Of a DNA stretch of 64,000 nucleotides, positions 23,047 through 33,101 are shown piece by piece. The first letter of the stretch is position 1. Every line of letters begins with the position of its first letter. The notes under the pieces were generated by a model. It made no database searches, was not told the origin of the DNA, and saw only the letters and a list, made by a program, of their open reading frames with translations. The DNA comes from a virus. Lineage: Duplodnaviria > Caudoviricetes. The position numbers were made by a program, and so were the translations under genes. Location of the stretch: IMG/VR virus record IMGVR_UViG_3300023174_000144, positions 1 through 64,000 of that record; one strand, 5' to 3'.

Positions 23047-24021
23047 ATGTTCAAAAAGATATTAAATTTATCAGCATTTTTATTAGCAGGATGTGCAGCT
23101 TTCTTTTCTGTTAAAGGCATAGCATTGTTATTCTCAGCTAGTTTCTGGAGCGTAGGTATTATGGCAGGATCTCTTGAGATAGCAAAACTTGTATCAGCTA
23201 GTTACTTATATCGCTATTGGGATAGTATAAATAAAGTTTTAAGAACTTATATGCTATGTGCCACAATTCTTTTAATGGGTATTACTAGTCTAGGTATTTT
23301 TGGCTTTCTTTCAGATGCATTTCAAAGAAACTTTTCTCAATATAGTTTAAATATTAATAAGGTCCAAGCTTTAAAATCTCAGCAAACTTTTGTAACTTCT
23401 CAAGTAGATTTCAATAAGGGTAAGTTAAAAGATCTAATAGAACTTCAAAAAACATATCAAGGATCACTAGATAGCGCTGTTAAACAAGATGTAACTATAA
23501 CAAAAACTAGTAGCGGCGGATTGTTTAGTTCTGGTAAAACCGAAAAAGTAACAGACAATAAACTATTAGATAGCAAAAACAAAATCATAGAAGGTTCTCA
23601 GCAAAATATTAATAGTTTATTTAATCAAATAGGAATAGTCTCATCTGATCTTCAAAATCTGGAGCAACAAGCTTCTAAATTAGCTCAAGATATTATGTTA
23701 TTAGAAAGCGATAATAGCAAAGGAGAGATTGGTACATTTAAATTTGTAGCAGAAGCATTTGGATTAAAAATAGAAACCGCAGTTAGATTATTTATTGTTC
23801 TTATTGTTATTGTATTTGATCCTCTTGCAGTAGCTCTTGTGATAGCTTATAACAGCTTGCTTAATAAAAAAGATATTATAGAAGTTGAAAAACCTGTAGA
23901 GAAAATAGTTGAAAGAATTATAGAAAAACCTGTGACAGTATTTCAAGATATTTTTCACCAATACAAAAGAGGCACCAAAAAGAAGCATAATCCAGAAGTT
24001 GCAGATCCTAGTATTAAATAG
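23047..24021 (+). CDS. multi-pass membrane protein with coiled coil
   Basis: Three N-terminal TMs (AAFFSVKG..LEIAKLV), coiled coil, then IVIVFDPLAVALV TM; pattern common in aquatic phages. Confidence 0.75.
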   Translation: MFKKILNLSAFLLAGCAAFFSVKGIALLFSASFWSVGIMAGSLEIAKLVSASYLYRYWDSINKVLRTYMLCATILLMGITSLGIFGFLSDAFQRNFSQYSLNINKVQALKSQQTFVTSQVDFNKGKLKDLIELQKTYQGSLDSAVKQDVTITKTSSGGLFSSGKTEKVTDNKLLDSKNKIIEGSQQNINSLFNQIGIVSSDLQNLEQQASKLAQDIMLLESDNSKGEIGTFKFVAEAFGLKIETAVRLFIVLIVIVFDPLAVALVIAYNSLLNKKDIIEVEKPVEKIVERIIEKPVTVFQDIFHQYKRGTKKKHNPEVADPSIK

Positions 24022-24046
24022 TGTAAATACAAATAAGGATTAAGGC

Positions 24047-25315
24047 ATGTCGAAAAATAGAGTAACATACAATTGTCAAGGTATTTATATAGGTCCAAGC
24101 CCTAGTTCTGGAGATCATTTTATAGATGTTAATGGTAATTTAAACAATACGACAGATTACTCAACAGGTAATTTTAATTTAATAAAAAGAATTTCAAGAG
24201 TCACTAATTTATCTTACCAAATAACTTTACCTAGAGAAGAAATAAAACAAATTGGAAAATCTACAATTGCTGCCCATCCAATTATTAATAATCCAAATAT
24301 AGCATTAGATTTTGAATATTATCCTAATGGAATTGTAAATGAAGCAAGGCTTGGTTTTAATATAAATACTTTTGACAAGAATCTTAATAAAAATATATAT
24401 CAAAATAATTTTGATGCATTTATTTTTTCTGGTTTAAATGTTTATCAAGAGAATATATTACCAACAGGAAGACCATTTTGGCCAGGGAATAATCGTTCAT
24501 GTAAAAATATTTTTGCAACTATAACAAAGCAAGATAATAAAGATGAAATTATAACTCATGATACTGGTAAACAAATAAATTTTGTAGATAACAATGTAAT
24601 TGCTTTTGGCGACGCTTATATAACGAATTATAGTACAACTTGCTCCGTTGGCAACCTACCGAAGGTAAATACAAGTTTTATTTCTGATAATGTAGTTTTT
24701 TATACATCTTCAAGTGGACAATCTATTCCATCTATAAATCCAAAAAATGGTTTAAATTTTTCTGGAAAAAAATTTGTTATTCCCAATGAAGCAGATGTAC
24801 AAGATTTATTTGTAATTGCTCCTGGAGATATTACTGTTGATATACAAAAAACTGGAAATGGAACACAAACTTTAATGGATAATATTGCTGATCTTGGAAT
24901 AAAATTTTCTGACATTAAATTGCAAAATTATTCAATCAATATTCCATTTGAAAGAGAAGACTTGAATTCTATTGGATATAAAGCCCCAAGTATAAGAAGA
25001 TTAAATTTTCCAGTTAAAGTAGATTTAAAATTTTCTGCTGTAGTAGGAGAAGAATCTAATGCAAATCTTAGAGATATTCTTATAAATGATGATAAATATA
25101 ACATAACAATTAAAATGAAAAAAAATTCAAATCCAGAAATTATTCGTTATGATTTTAAAAATGCATTTCTAGAAAACTTCAATTACAATTCATCAGTAGG
25201 ACAAAATAGAATTATTGATTTTTCATTAACCACATATTGCGCGCCAGATGATATTTCTCAAGGGTTTTTTATAAGTGGAACAATCCCTAACGAAAACTCA
25301 ACTATATCATATTAA
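24047..25315 (+). CDS. tail-tube-protein paralog
   Basis: N-terminus KNRVTYNCQGIYIGPSPSSGDHF aligns with RNRIIYQSEALYAGPSPATGDHF of 41373-42464; shared APGDI/RPGDI, FGDAYITNYST/IGNGFITSYST, NFPVKV/NFPVTV. Confidence 0.7.
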   Translation: MSKNRVTYNCQGIYIGPSPSSGDHFIDVNGNLNNTTDYSTGNFNLIKRISRVTNLSYQITLPREEIKQIGKSTIAAHPIINNPNIALDFEYYPNGIVNEARLGFNINTFDKNLNKNIYQNNFDAFIFSGLNVYQENILPTGRPFWPGNNRSCKNIFATITKQDNKDEIITHDTGKQINFVDNNVIAFGDAYITNYSTTCSVGNLPKVNTSFISDNVVFYTSSSGQSIPSINPKNGLNFSGKKFVIPNEADVQDLFVIAPGDITVDIQKTGNGTQTLMDNIADLGIKFSDIKLQNYSINIPFEREDLNSIGYKAPSIRRLNFPVKVDLKFSAVVGEESNANLRDILINDDKYNITIKMKKNSNPEIIRYDFKNAFLENFNYNSSVGQNRIIDFSLTTYCAPDDISQGFFISGTIPNENSTISY

Positions 25316-25364
25316 TTATTAGAATAATTAATTTTGTGTGAATATAATTATAGTGTAATATAAT

Positions 25365-25646
25365 ATGAAAACTATGCTATCTAAAATATTTGGCCCAAAT
25401 TGGAGATCTAGCTCATCTGGAATAGCTACAGTTGTAGCGGTTTGTACAGCAATAGCGATTCACTCTGATCCTTCATTAGTAGCTTTTCTTCCAGATAATG
25501 CAGAAGTTTATATTCTTGGAATTTCAAAATTAGTAGCAGTTGTTAGTGGAATTATCTTTGCACTTACAGTAAAAGATGCAGCAGTTACTGGCGGAACAGT
25601 GGCTCAAACAAACGAAGCAGAAAAAAGAACTGGAGAAAATATATGA
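25365..25646 (+). CDS. putative holin
   Basis: 93 aa, two TMs, NWRSS..GI motif, lysis-gene context. Confidence 0.6.
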   Translation: MKTMLSKIFGPNWRSSSSGIATVVAVCTAIAIHSDPSLVAFLPDNAEVYILGISKLVAVVSGIIFALTVKDAAVTGGTVAQTNEAEKRTGENI

Positions 25647-26092
25647 ATAAATTAAATCTAATTGCAGTTGCTCTTTTGAGCGTATTTCTTGGTGCTTGTG
25701 CCACAACCCCAACTGGTCAAGTTGATCCAGCAACAAGTGTTTCAAATGCTCTGCCTTATGTTAAACCAGCAGTTGTGTTAGCTTGTACTGTTGTTCTTGA
25801 TCAAGCTGTTTCTGGTGATGATAGAATAGAAAAAGCCAAAATGATTAATCATGTAGCTACAATAGTAGAAGGATTAACAGTTGGAACTGCACCAACTCCA
25901 GAGCAACTTCAAAAAGCTCTTAATAATTATCTTCCATCTGAGAAAACTCATTGGGTAAATTATGTAAGCGTAATTAAAGATATTTACGCTCAACAATTCG
26001 CTAGAATAGATGGAAACACAGCACTTGCAATTAAAGTACTTAATGCTATTGCATCTGGATGTAAAGATGCTACAGCAAGTTACGTAGAGTAA
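25643..26092 (+). CDS. lipoprotein
   Basis: Signal peptide with lipobox LGAC. Confidence 0.7.
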   Translation: MNKLNLIAVALLSVFLGACATTPTGQVDPATSVSNALPYVKPAVVLACTVVLDQAVSGDDRIEKAKMINHVATIVEGLTVGTAPTPEQLQKALNNYLPSEKTHWVNYVSVIKDIYAQQFARIDGNTALAIKVLNAIASGCKDATASYVE

Positions 26093-26094
26093 TC

Positions 26095-26295
26095 ATGCCA
26101 ACTGGAATACTCCAAGCTTTACTTTCGGCAGTATCTGGAATATTCTCAGCAATTAATAATGTATTTGGTGCGAAGAATACAAAAGAAATGAAAGAGCGTC
26201 AAGAGGCTCAAAAAGAAGTTAATCATCAAAGTGAAATAGAAAAAGAAGTACAGGAGAAAAATCTTGAAGAAATTCGTAAGCGCATTAGTTCTTAA
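26095..26295 (+). CDS. putative i-spanin (Rz-like)
   Basis: N-terminal hydrophobic helix plus coiled coil; overlaps the following lipoprotein. Confidence 0.45.
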   Translation: MPTGILQALLSAVSGIFSAINNVFGAKNTKEMKERQEAQKEVNHQSEIEKEVQEKNLEEIRKRISS

Positions 26296-26680
26296 TCTCA
26301 TTATAATTGGTTGTGCTACTGTGACCCCAAATAAAATAGAAGATGATAAATCTTCATATGATGCAAGTACTCCAAAGCAATATCAAAAAGATAATGGTGG
26401 ATTAATTTGTTTTGTTGGAGATGATGCTTTAATTACTTCACAAGCGCGCGAGAGATATAATAATTTAATTAAAATGTATAGAATCAAATTCAAAAAAGAA
26501 AAAGCAATTGATCTAGTTGAAGATTCTGGAATTAAACCTTATAAGGATACTTTCGGTAATGAATTGTTTTTAATTGATAGCGAGCATCTTGTTTATTTTG
26601 GTGTTATGAACTCTTGGCTAAAAGAAAAAGTCCCAGCAGATAATATTATAGATAAAACAATAGATAAAATAAATAATTAA
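26264..26680 (+). CDS. lipoprotein, putative o-spanin (Rz1-like)
   Basis: Lipobox IIGC; TTG start overlapping the previous gene. Confidence 0.5.
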   Translation: MKKFVSALVLNLIIIGCATVTPNKIEDDKSSYDASTPKQYQKDNGGLICFVGDDALITSQARERYNNLIKMYRIKFKKEKAIDLVEDSGIKPYKDTFGNELFLIDSEHLVYFGVMNSWLKEKVPADNIIDKTIDKINN

Positions 26681-26681
26681 A

Positions 26682-27353
26682 ATGGGCAAATTAATTTCTA
26701 GTAAAAGATATTTGTATATTGCTAATGGCGCAGGATTATCTCCAAACATTAATGGATTAAGATTTTATGATAGTGGATTAATACAGCTTGGCATACCTAT
26801 TTATTATGATGAAACAAATACTTATAAACTAAGATCGTTGGCTGGGCTTTGGGGGTTATCAAGAATTGATAACACGATAGGTGATTTTGTCCGATTTAAT
26901 AGTTCAATATTAGGAGATTACACTGCCGCAAATGGATGGTCTGGAACACTTACAATATCTGAATATAAAAATAAAATTTCAATTAAAAAACAAAATCTTG
27001 GTGGTGGAAAAATAATTGCACCACGAAAAAGTAAATATGAATTAATTCTAACAATTTCTCCAACAAATGAAGTATATAAGATATATACTGATAATATTGA
27101 TCCAATGGGTTTTTACGGGCGAACATCTAAAAATGAATATAACATTGACATTGTAAAAGACGACGGATCGTATTGGTACGTGCATTTTAGAAATATAAAC
27201 GATGGAGATTATTGTAATTCATTTGGAACATCCGACAATGACCAAGAAGATTTTAGAGATGTTAATTGGGATATTTATTATTATAAATATCAGAATGGAT
27301 GTCCCAATTTAAATTATACGAGATTAGATATAATAATTAATCAAAGATATTAA
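26682..27353 (+). CDS. hypothetical protein (accessory, possibly virion-associated)
   Basis: 223-aa ORF with an internal ISIKKQNLGGGKII segment suggesting two fused modules. Confidence 0.6.
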   Translation: MGKLISSKRYLYIANGAGLSPNINGLRFYDSGLIQLGIPIYYDETNTYKLRSLAGLWGLSRIDNTIGDFVRFNSSILGDYTAANGWSGTLTISEYKNKISIKKQNLGGGKIIAPRKSKYELILTISPTNEVYKIYTDNIDPMGFYGRTSKNEYNIDIVKDDGSYWYVHFRNINDGDYCNSFGTSDNDQEDFRDVNWDIYYYKYQNGCPNLNYTRLDIIINQRY

Positions 27354-27355
27354 CT

Positions 27356-28042
27356 ATGCTCTCAAAAAAATCCTTAGATCTTATTCTCGAATTTGAAGTT
27401 GGCGGTGGTCAAAACTATTATAATAAATTTTTAAAAAATCCAACATGGCCAGGAGAGCAAAGTGGAGTTACAATTGGTGTTGGTTATGATCTAGGATATG
27501 TAAATAAAACTGAATTCACAAATGATTGGAAAGATCTTCCTCAAAAAGATTTTGATAGATTATACAAAGTAGTTGGAATAAAAGGAATAGCTGCAAAAGA
27601 TCTTATTAGAGGATTAAGAGATATAGTTATTCTTTGGGAATTATCTTTGCAAGTCTTCAATAATAAAACTGTAGCTAAATTTTACAACTTAACAAAAGAC
27701 ACTTTTCCTAACTTTGATAATCTTCCAGAAGATGCAAAAGGTGGATTGGTTAGTCTTGTATTTAATAGAGGAGCAGCTTTAGAAGGTGATCGTCGCCGTG
27801 AAATGAAGTTAATAAGAGATGGCATGAAATTAGTATATAATTATGATCAAAAAGCATTAACATTTATAGCTAATCAAATAAGAAACATGAAAAGAATATG
27901 GATTGGTGGAAGCATAGAAAAAGGAATGAGTAGAAGAAGAGACGCAGAAGCTAAATTAATAGAAGAATCATTAATAACATCTCCAATTAATAAATTAGAA
28001 CAATCTGATAAAGCTATAAAAGAAGTTTTTAAAAATTTGTAA
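27356..28042 (+). CDS. endolysin, GH24/pesticin-like muramidase
   Basis: LILEFEVG...SGVTIGVGYDLG...LVSLVFNRG...RRRDAEAKL. Confidence 0.85.
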   Translation: MLSKKSLDLILEFEVGGGQNYYNKFLKNPTWPGEQSGVTIGVGYDLGYVNKTEFTNDWKDLPQKDFDRLYKVVGIKGIAAKDLIRGLRDIVILWELSLQVFNNKTVAKFYNLTKDTFPNFDNLPEDAKGGLVSLVFNRGAALEGDRRREMKLIRDGMKLVYNYDQKALTFIANQIRNMKRIWIGGSIEKGMSRRRDAEAKLIEESLITSPINKLEQSDKAIKEVFKNL

Positions 28043-28059
28043 TAGTGTAAATTTATATT

Positions 28060-28887
28060 ATGGGTAATTTATCTTGCAGATCAGGTCCTGGAAAAATAGA
28101 TTTCAAAAAATCAATAGGATTAGGGTCTATATATGGTATTTTATTTACTGTTCGATCGCTATCTAATTTAGAACTTTGGTTGAAAGGTGATACTGGAATA
28201 ATTTTAAATGGTAGTTCTAGAGTCACAACATGGCAAGATCAAAGCGGCAATAATAGACATTTTGTTGATAGATCAACCATAGGAATTGGAGGATCTTATG
28301 TTTTACCAACTGTTGTTGGAAATACTTTAAAATTTACTGCTAGTAGTACTTATTCTTCTCCAACTGCGACAGTATTAGCTTGTGCAAGTTCTTCTTTGAA
28401 TTTAACAACTCCATATACTATATTTGTAGTTGCTAGAGGAAGAAATGGAGCAATAATATCTAAAAGTACGGAAGATCAAAAAAGAAGAAAAACACAAATA
28501 TCAATGGATGATGCTGGAGTAGTATTTTCTTTTGAATCTTATGGTGTTGCGGCTGATACTGGAATTACTTATACAACTGGCACAGGATTAAATTTAAATA
28601 CTAAAAGATTAATAGCCGCGAGATATAACTCTAATACTTCTAGAGAATTAAGATATAATGGAGTTCTTGTAAATACATCAAGTGCAGAAGCAGGTTTGCA
28701 GTATACAAATTCTGCTCCAGTTTATATTGGAGCATCACCATTTTCATATGGAAATAATCCTAGTTATAATGCAGAAGCATGTTTAGAAACTTATATTTAT
28801 GAAATAATTTTATATGGTAGATCTTTAAGTAATACTGAAGTATCAAAAGTAGAATCTTATTTGAATCAAAAATATACAATTTATTAA
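28060..28887 (+). CDS. LamG/concanavalin-A-like domain protein
   Basis: LELWLKGD...WQDQSGNNRH...IYEIILYGRSLSNTEVSKVESYLNQKY. Confidence 0.75.
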   Translation: MGNLSCRSGPGKIDFKKSIGLGSIYGILFTVRSLSNLELWLKGDTGIILNGSSRVTTWQDQSGNNRHFVDRSTIGIGGSYVLPTVVGNTLKFTASSTYSSPTATVLACASSSLNLTTPYTIFVVARGRNGAIISKSTEDQKRRKTQISMDDAGVVFSFESYGVAADTGITYTTGTGLNLNTKRLIAARYNSNTSRELRYNGVLVNTSSAEAGLQYTNSAPVYIGASPFSYGNNPSYNAEACLETYIYEIILYGRSLSNTEVSKVESYLNQKYTIY

Positions 28888-28906
28888 AATGTGTAATTAA
28901 GATATA

Positions 28907-29056
28907 ATGAAAAAAATAATATTAATACTACCATTATTTTTATTAATATCTTGTTCTGAGCAGAATTTTGAAAGTAGGGAATTACCTACAAAATATCCAG
29001 AAACTCCAACTATGGGTAATGCAGATGATGCAACAAAAGGCACTTTAAATCCTTAA
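28907..29056 (+). CDS. small lipoprotein (not in the ORF track)
   Basis: MKKIILILPLFLLISC lipobox; GTGTAA upstream. Confidence 0.55.
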   Translation: MKKIILILPLFLLISCSEQNFESRELPTKYPETPTMGNADDATKGTLNP

Positions 29057-29098
29057 TTTTAATTCGATTTAATTGTCTCTTAGGTGTATATTATATAA

Positions 29099-29686
29099 AT
29101 GAGTATAGACAATCCCGATAATTTCGGCTTTGAACCCATAGAAGCCGCTAGAAGTGGTCCAAAATCATCTGCTCAAACTCCCGCTAAACCTAGCGAAAAA
29201 AGAAAAGGATCGTCTAAAAATAAACCTGGAAGTGCTGGTACAAAAAGTGATAAAGCTATTGACTTTTCTAAAAAAGTAATAGAAGCTCTTAAAAATAAAG
29301 TTAAAGAGCACAATAGTAAAAGCAAAAAGAAGGTCACTTTAGGTCAATTAAAAAAAGTATATCGTCGTGGCGCAGGAGCATTCTCCTCTTCTCATCGCCC
29401 AGGAAAAACTCGTGGACAATGGGCAATGGCTAGAGTAAATATGTTTTTAAAAATGGTTGGTGGCGGAAAAGTTAAAGACTCCTATCGTAAAGCTGATAGT
29501 GATGTTGCTAGAGCCTCTATTAAAGACTATGAAATCGATACATCTTTTGAGCCAACAGATGAAGACTTTATTCAAGCAGATGAAGATATTAAAAATTTTG
29601 AATTAAATGATTTTGAATTTGATAGCATAGAAGAACTTTATCTTGATGATGAGAGTGACGGTCAAATATATGGCTTTGAATTATAA
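29099..29686 (+). CDS. DUF5824-like protein
   Basis: LKKVYRRGAGAFSSSHRPGKTRGQWAMARVNMFL recalled as DUF5824; acidic tail. Confidence 0.6.
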   Translation: MSIDNPDNFGFEPIEAARSGPKSSAQTPAKPSEKRKGSSKNKPGSAGTKSDKAIDFSKKVIEALKNKVKEHNSKSKKKVTLGQLKKVYRRGAGAFSSSHRPGKTRGQWAMARVNMFLKMVGGGKVKDSYRKADSDVARASIKDYEIDTSFEPTDEDFIQADEDIKNFELNDFEFDSIEELYLDDESDGQIYGFEL

Positions 29687-29697
29687 AGGATAAATAT

Positions 29698-31224
29698 ATG
29701 GAAACAAAATATACAACAATTTTTAGCGCAGAATTAAAATGCATAGTTTCTGAAGAAAAAGATTTGCATCTTAGTCTTGCTTCATTAGAAAGTCTCAGAG
29801 AATTTTTACCAGAGATTGATACAGAAAAAAATATTGATCTTCTTCCAATTTCTACTAATGCTTTTGTTGCTGGTAGAGTAAATCGTAATGGAGATGTTAT
29901 AGATAATAAAACAGCAGTAGAGATTGCTAAACATTTTATTAACAAGCCAATTAATCTTGAGCACAATAGAAATCAAGTTATTGGTTGCATTTTAAATTAT
30001 GGATTTAATACATTTGGCACAGAAGAAACGATAACAGAAGAGCAAGCCTTGAATTCTAAAGATCCATTTAATGTAACTCTCGGTGGAGTAGTTTGGAAAG
30101 TTGTTAATAAAGATATTGCTAATCTTATCGAAGAGAGCAATGATCCTTCTAGTCCAAATTATATGTCTGTAAGTTCTAGCTGGGAACTCGGCTTTAATGA
30201 TTATAATCTAGTTTTATTAGATAATGAACAAAAGAATATTATGGATGGAACTATCGTACAAGATGCAGAACAAATTGATAAACTTAAGAGTAAATTAAGA
30301 TCATTTGGCGGCTCTGGTAGAATGAACGATAAGCAAAAGATTTATAGATTAGTAGTTGGAAATATCATACCACTAGGTATAGGACTAACTGGAACTCCAG
30401 CAGCAGATGTAGTAGGAGTAGCAGTAGAAGAGAAGGAAAAAGACCTATCTAGCGTTATGGCTACAGAGGCAACGGAAATTAATATTTCACAAAATGAAGA
30501 TTTAAATGTAAATTCAACTAAGGATACTAATAATATTATGAAAATAACCAAAATTGAAGATATTACAGCAGAGACTCTTAAAGAGATTCAAGCTTCCCAA
30601 GTTGCAGAATTTATCTCAGAAGAAATTAAAAAAGCTTCTGAGGCTTTTGATCTTGAAAGAAAAGAAAAAGAAGAAGCAATTAAATCTACTAACGAAAAGT
30701 ATGAAGTTCTCACAAAAGACTATACCTCAATGAAAGAAGAGCTAGAAAAAGTTAAAAACTCTCTAGCTGGACTTGAAGAGGAAAAAGTTGCTAAGATCCG
30801 TGAAGAAGTTTTCAATGTTCGTATGGCCTCATTTGATGAGGAATATGAACTATCTGATGAGGATCGTCAAATTCTCGCTTCAGACATCAAAGATTTAAAT
30901 GACGAAACTTTTGCTGCTTATAAAAATAAGATGACAGTCCTTATGAAAGAAAAAAATAAGGCTGCTAAAAAAGCAAAAATGGATAAAGAAGATATCAAAG
31001 ACAAAGGTGTTGATGAATCTAAAGAAGATAAAAATGGTAAAATCATTAAATCTTCCATAACTGAACTCAAGGCTTCCGAAGAAGCCAAAGAAGTAGTCAA
31101 TCAAGCTTTAGACAATGGCATCCAGCAAGTAACTGATGTTCCTGCTACTGCCACTGCTAATGAACCTTCCTTGTACGAAAGGTACAAGAAAGCCTTTAGC
31201 ATTGAAGGTTTCAATGTATCATAA
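29698..31224 (+). CDS. prohead protease fused to scaffolding region
   Basis: NRNGD, KPINLEH, SVSSSWELGF catalytic-type motifs; long coiled-coil C-terminal half; upstream of capsid genes. Confidence 0.75.
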   Translation: METKYTTIFSAELKCIVSEEKDLHLSLASLESLREFLPEIDTEKNIDLLPISTNAFVAGRVNRNGDVIDNKTAVEIAKHFINKPINLEHNRNQVIGCILNYGFNTFGTEETITEEQALNSKDPFNVTLGGVVWKVVNKDIANLIEESNDPSSPNYMSVSSSWELGFNDYNLVLLDNEQKNIMDGTIVQDAEQIDKLKSKLRSFGGSGRMNDKQKIYRLVVGNIIPLGIGLTGTPAADVVGVAVEEKEKDLSSVMATEATEINISQNEDLNVNSTKDTNNIMKITKIEDITAETLKEIQASQVAEFISEEIKKASEAFDLERKEKEEAIKSTNEKYEVLTKDYTSMKEELEKVKNSLAGLEEEKVAKIREEVFNVRMASFDEEYELSDEDRQILASDIKDLNDETFAAYKNKMTVLMKEKNKAAKKAKMDKEDIKDKGVDESKEDKNGKIIKSSITELKASEEAKEVVNQALDNGIQQVTDVPATATANEPSLYERYKKAFSIEGFNVS

Positions 31225-31243
31225 AAAATAGGAGATAAAAAAT

Positions 31244-31819
31244 ATGGCATACGTATCAACAACAAAACTAATCAAGCCATTTCGCGATTATGATGAGCAT
31301 AATGTCATCAATTTATTCGCATTTGATGGCACAGCCAACAAAGGAACACTTGTAAAAGTTAGTACTGGTTGGAGTAATACAGACGCTAACGGTGGCATTA
31401 CCCCAGTTGCAAATCCACATGCTGCAACTTTTAATGGCACAGTTAGTCAATATCACGTTTTAACACCACGCGTTTTAGATGCTGGAACAGGAGATGCACC
31501 AATCGGCATTCTTTTGAATGACGTTAGACTAACCGACGAAAACGGTGAGTTTCTAATATACAAACCAGCTAAAGCTGCAGAACTCGGAGCAGTAGCTTCT
31601 GGTCAAGCAGTTCCAATTCTAACAAGAGGAACGGTTCTTTATGCTGCTAACGCAATCACAGCAGGCATGGTCGCTGTAAGTGCTGCAAATGGTACAATCA
31701 CTGGTTATACCGATGCAAATCTTCCAGGTGCTAACACACTAGCTCAACGCAAAGTTGTCGGAAGATGGCTTGGCGCAACCGATAGTGATGGTTACGCTTT
31801 ACTAAAATTAGATATCTAA
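31244..31819 (+). CDS. capsid decoration / auxiliary head protein
   Basis: Between protease and MCP; PIGILLNDV, GQAVPILTRG pattern. Confidence 0.6.
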   Translation: MAYVSTTKLIKPFRDYDEHNVINLFAFDGTANKGTLVKVSTGWSNTDANGGITPVANPHAATFNGTVSQYHVLTPRVLDAGTGDAPIGILLNDVRLTDENGEFLIYKPAKAAELGAVASGQAVPILTRGTVLYAANAITAGMVAVSAANGTITGYTDANLPGANTLAQRKVVGRWLGATDSDGYALLKLDI

Positions 31820-31840
31820 TTTTATAAGGAGAAAAATTAA

Positions 31841-32995
31841 ATGAAATTAAAATTAAAAAATACACCAGAACAAGTTGAACTCATCAAAGCTATGGGTTCC
31901 AGAAATGGTACAGAAAGCCGCGAAGCTCTAGAAGCTTTTGCAGCTTTTGTTGGACCAGTCGTTCAAAAGGTTCTTAACGAAAGTGCTCTCTCTTCTGCCC
32001 TCTATACTGATATGGCATATGATGAAGATGATAGTCCTTCTATCCCTCTTGATCTATACTACAACGAAGATACAGGATTAATCTCTGTATGGAGTCAAAA
32101 TGTAGCAGGTGGCATGCCAACTTCTACAGTTGACGTTCCAGTACAAGAAATGAAATTCAGTACCTATCGTTTGGATAGTGCTGTTTCTTTCAATAAGAAA
32201 TATGCTCGCAAGAGCCGTCTTGATGTAGTAAGCAAAGCTATCGAGCGCATGACCCAAGAGGTTCTTGTAAAACAAGAGCGTAATGCTTGGTCAGTTGTTC
32301 TAAAAGCTGTTGCTGAAGCTGCAACAAAGAATGGTAAAGCTGCTTCTGTAGGTTCTACAGGATCTCTTCGTCATCTAGTTGATGGAGCTGCAACTGCGGC
32401 TGCTTTCACATTAGCAGATCTAAACAGGCTTGTAACTCGCATGAAAAGAATCAGTCAAGGTTTTGCAGGTGGCACAGCTGCTGAAACTCGCGGAGTAACA
32501 GATATTTTTGTTAGTCCAGAAGTTAAAGCTGCTATCAGAGCATTTGCTTATAACCCAATCTTCCCAGTATCTGGAACTGCTCAAAGCTCAGTACCAAATA
32601 GTGTTCGTGAAGACATCTATCGCGGTGCAGGCACAGAAGAAATTTATGGTATAACAATCAATGAATTGCTTGAACTTGGCCTAAACCAAAGATACAATAC
32701 TCTATTCAGTAACGTATTTAATAATGCCACTGCACCAAGTGGCGATTCTGATGGTTACTATAATGGTAGTGGTTTCGCTACAGCTTCACAAGAATTAATC
32801 GTCGCAGTTGACGGAACTCGTGATGCATTTGTGCGCCCAGTAGCTCGTCAAGCCGAGAGCGGTGGTCAATTTGTTGTCCTACCAGACGACCAATTCTACG
32901 CTGCTCGCCAAGACAAGACAGGCTTCTACGGATTCGTAGAAGAAGGTCGTGTTTGCTTGGATGCTCGCGCAGTAGGCGGAATTGTACTAGGCTAA
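31841..32995 (+). CDS. major capsid protein (HK97 fold inferred)
   Basis: 384 aa after protease and decoration genes; highly biased codons; strong terminator behind. Confidence 0.8.
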   Translation: MKLKLKNTPEQVELIKAMGSRNGTESREALEAFAAFVGPVVQKVLNESALSSALYTDMAYDEDDSPSIPLDLYYNEDTGLISVWSQNVAGGMPTSTVDVPVQEMKFSTYRLDSAVSFNKKYARKSRLDVVSKAIERMTQEVLVKQERNAWSVVLKAVAEAATKNGKAASVGSTGSLRHLVDGAATAAAFTLADLNRLVTRMKRISQGFAGGTAAETRGVTDIFVSPEVKAAIRAFAYNPIFPVSGTAQSSVPNSVREDIYRGAGTEEIYGITINELLELGLNQRYNTLFSNVFNNATAPSGDSDGYYNGSGFATASQELIVAVDGTRDAFVRPVARQAESGGQFVVLPDDQFYAARQDKTGFYGFVEEGRVCLDARAVGGIVLG

Positions 32996-33014
32996 TTCTG
33001 ATACAATCAGTCAT

Positions 33015-33055
33015 GAAAACCCTCAAGGTAAATCCTTGGGGGTTTTCTTTTTTTT
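33015..33055 (+). terminator. rho-independent terminator after MCP
   Basis: GAAAACCCTCAAGG-TAAAT-CCTTGGGGGTTTTC plus T-run. Confidence 0.85.
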
Positions 33056-33101
33056 AGAAAAGGGTATAGTTAATCAATATAATAAGGTTAAAGGCAAAAA
33101 T

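Noticed and set aside
24047-25315. Tail sheath (contractile tail)
   Set aside because: Sequence matches the tube gene 41373-42464; no sheath or baseplate-wedge motifs were seen in the window
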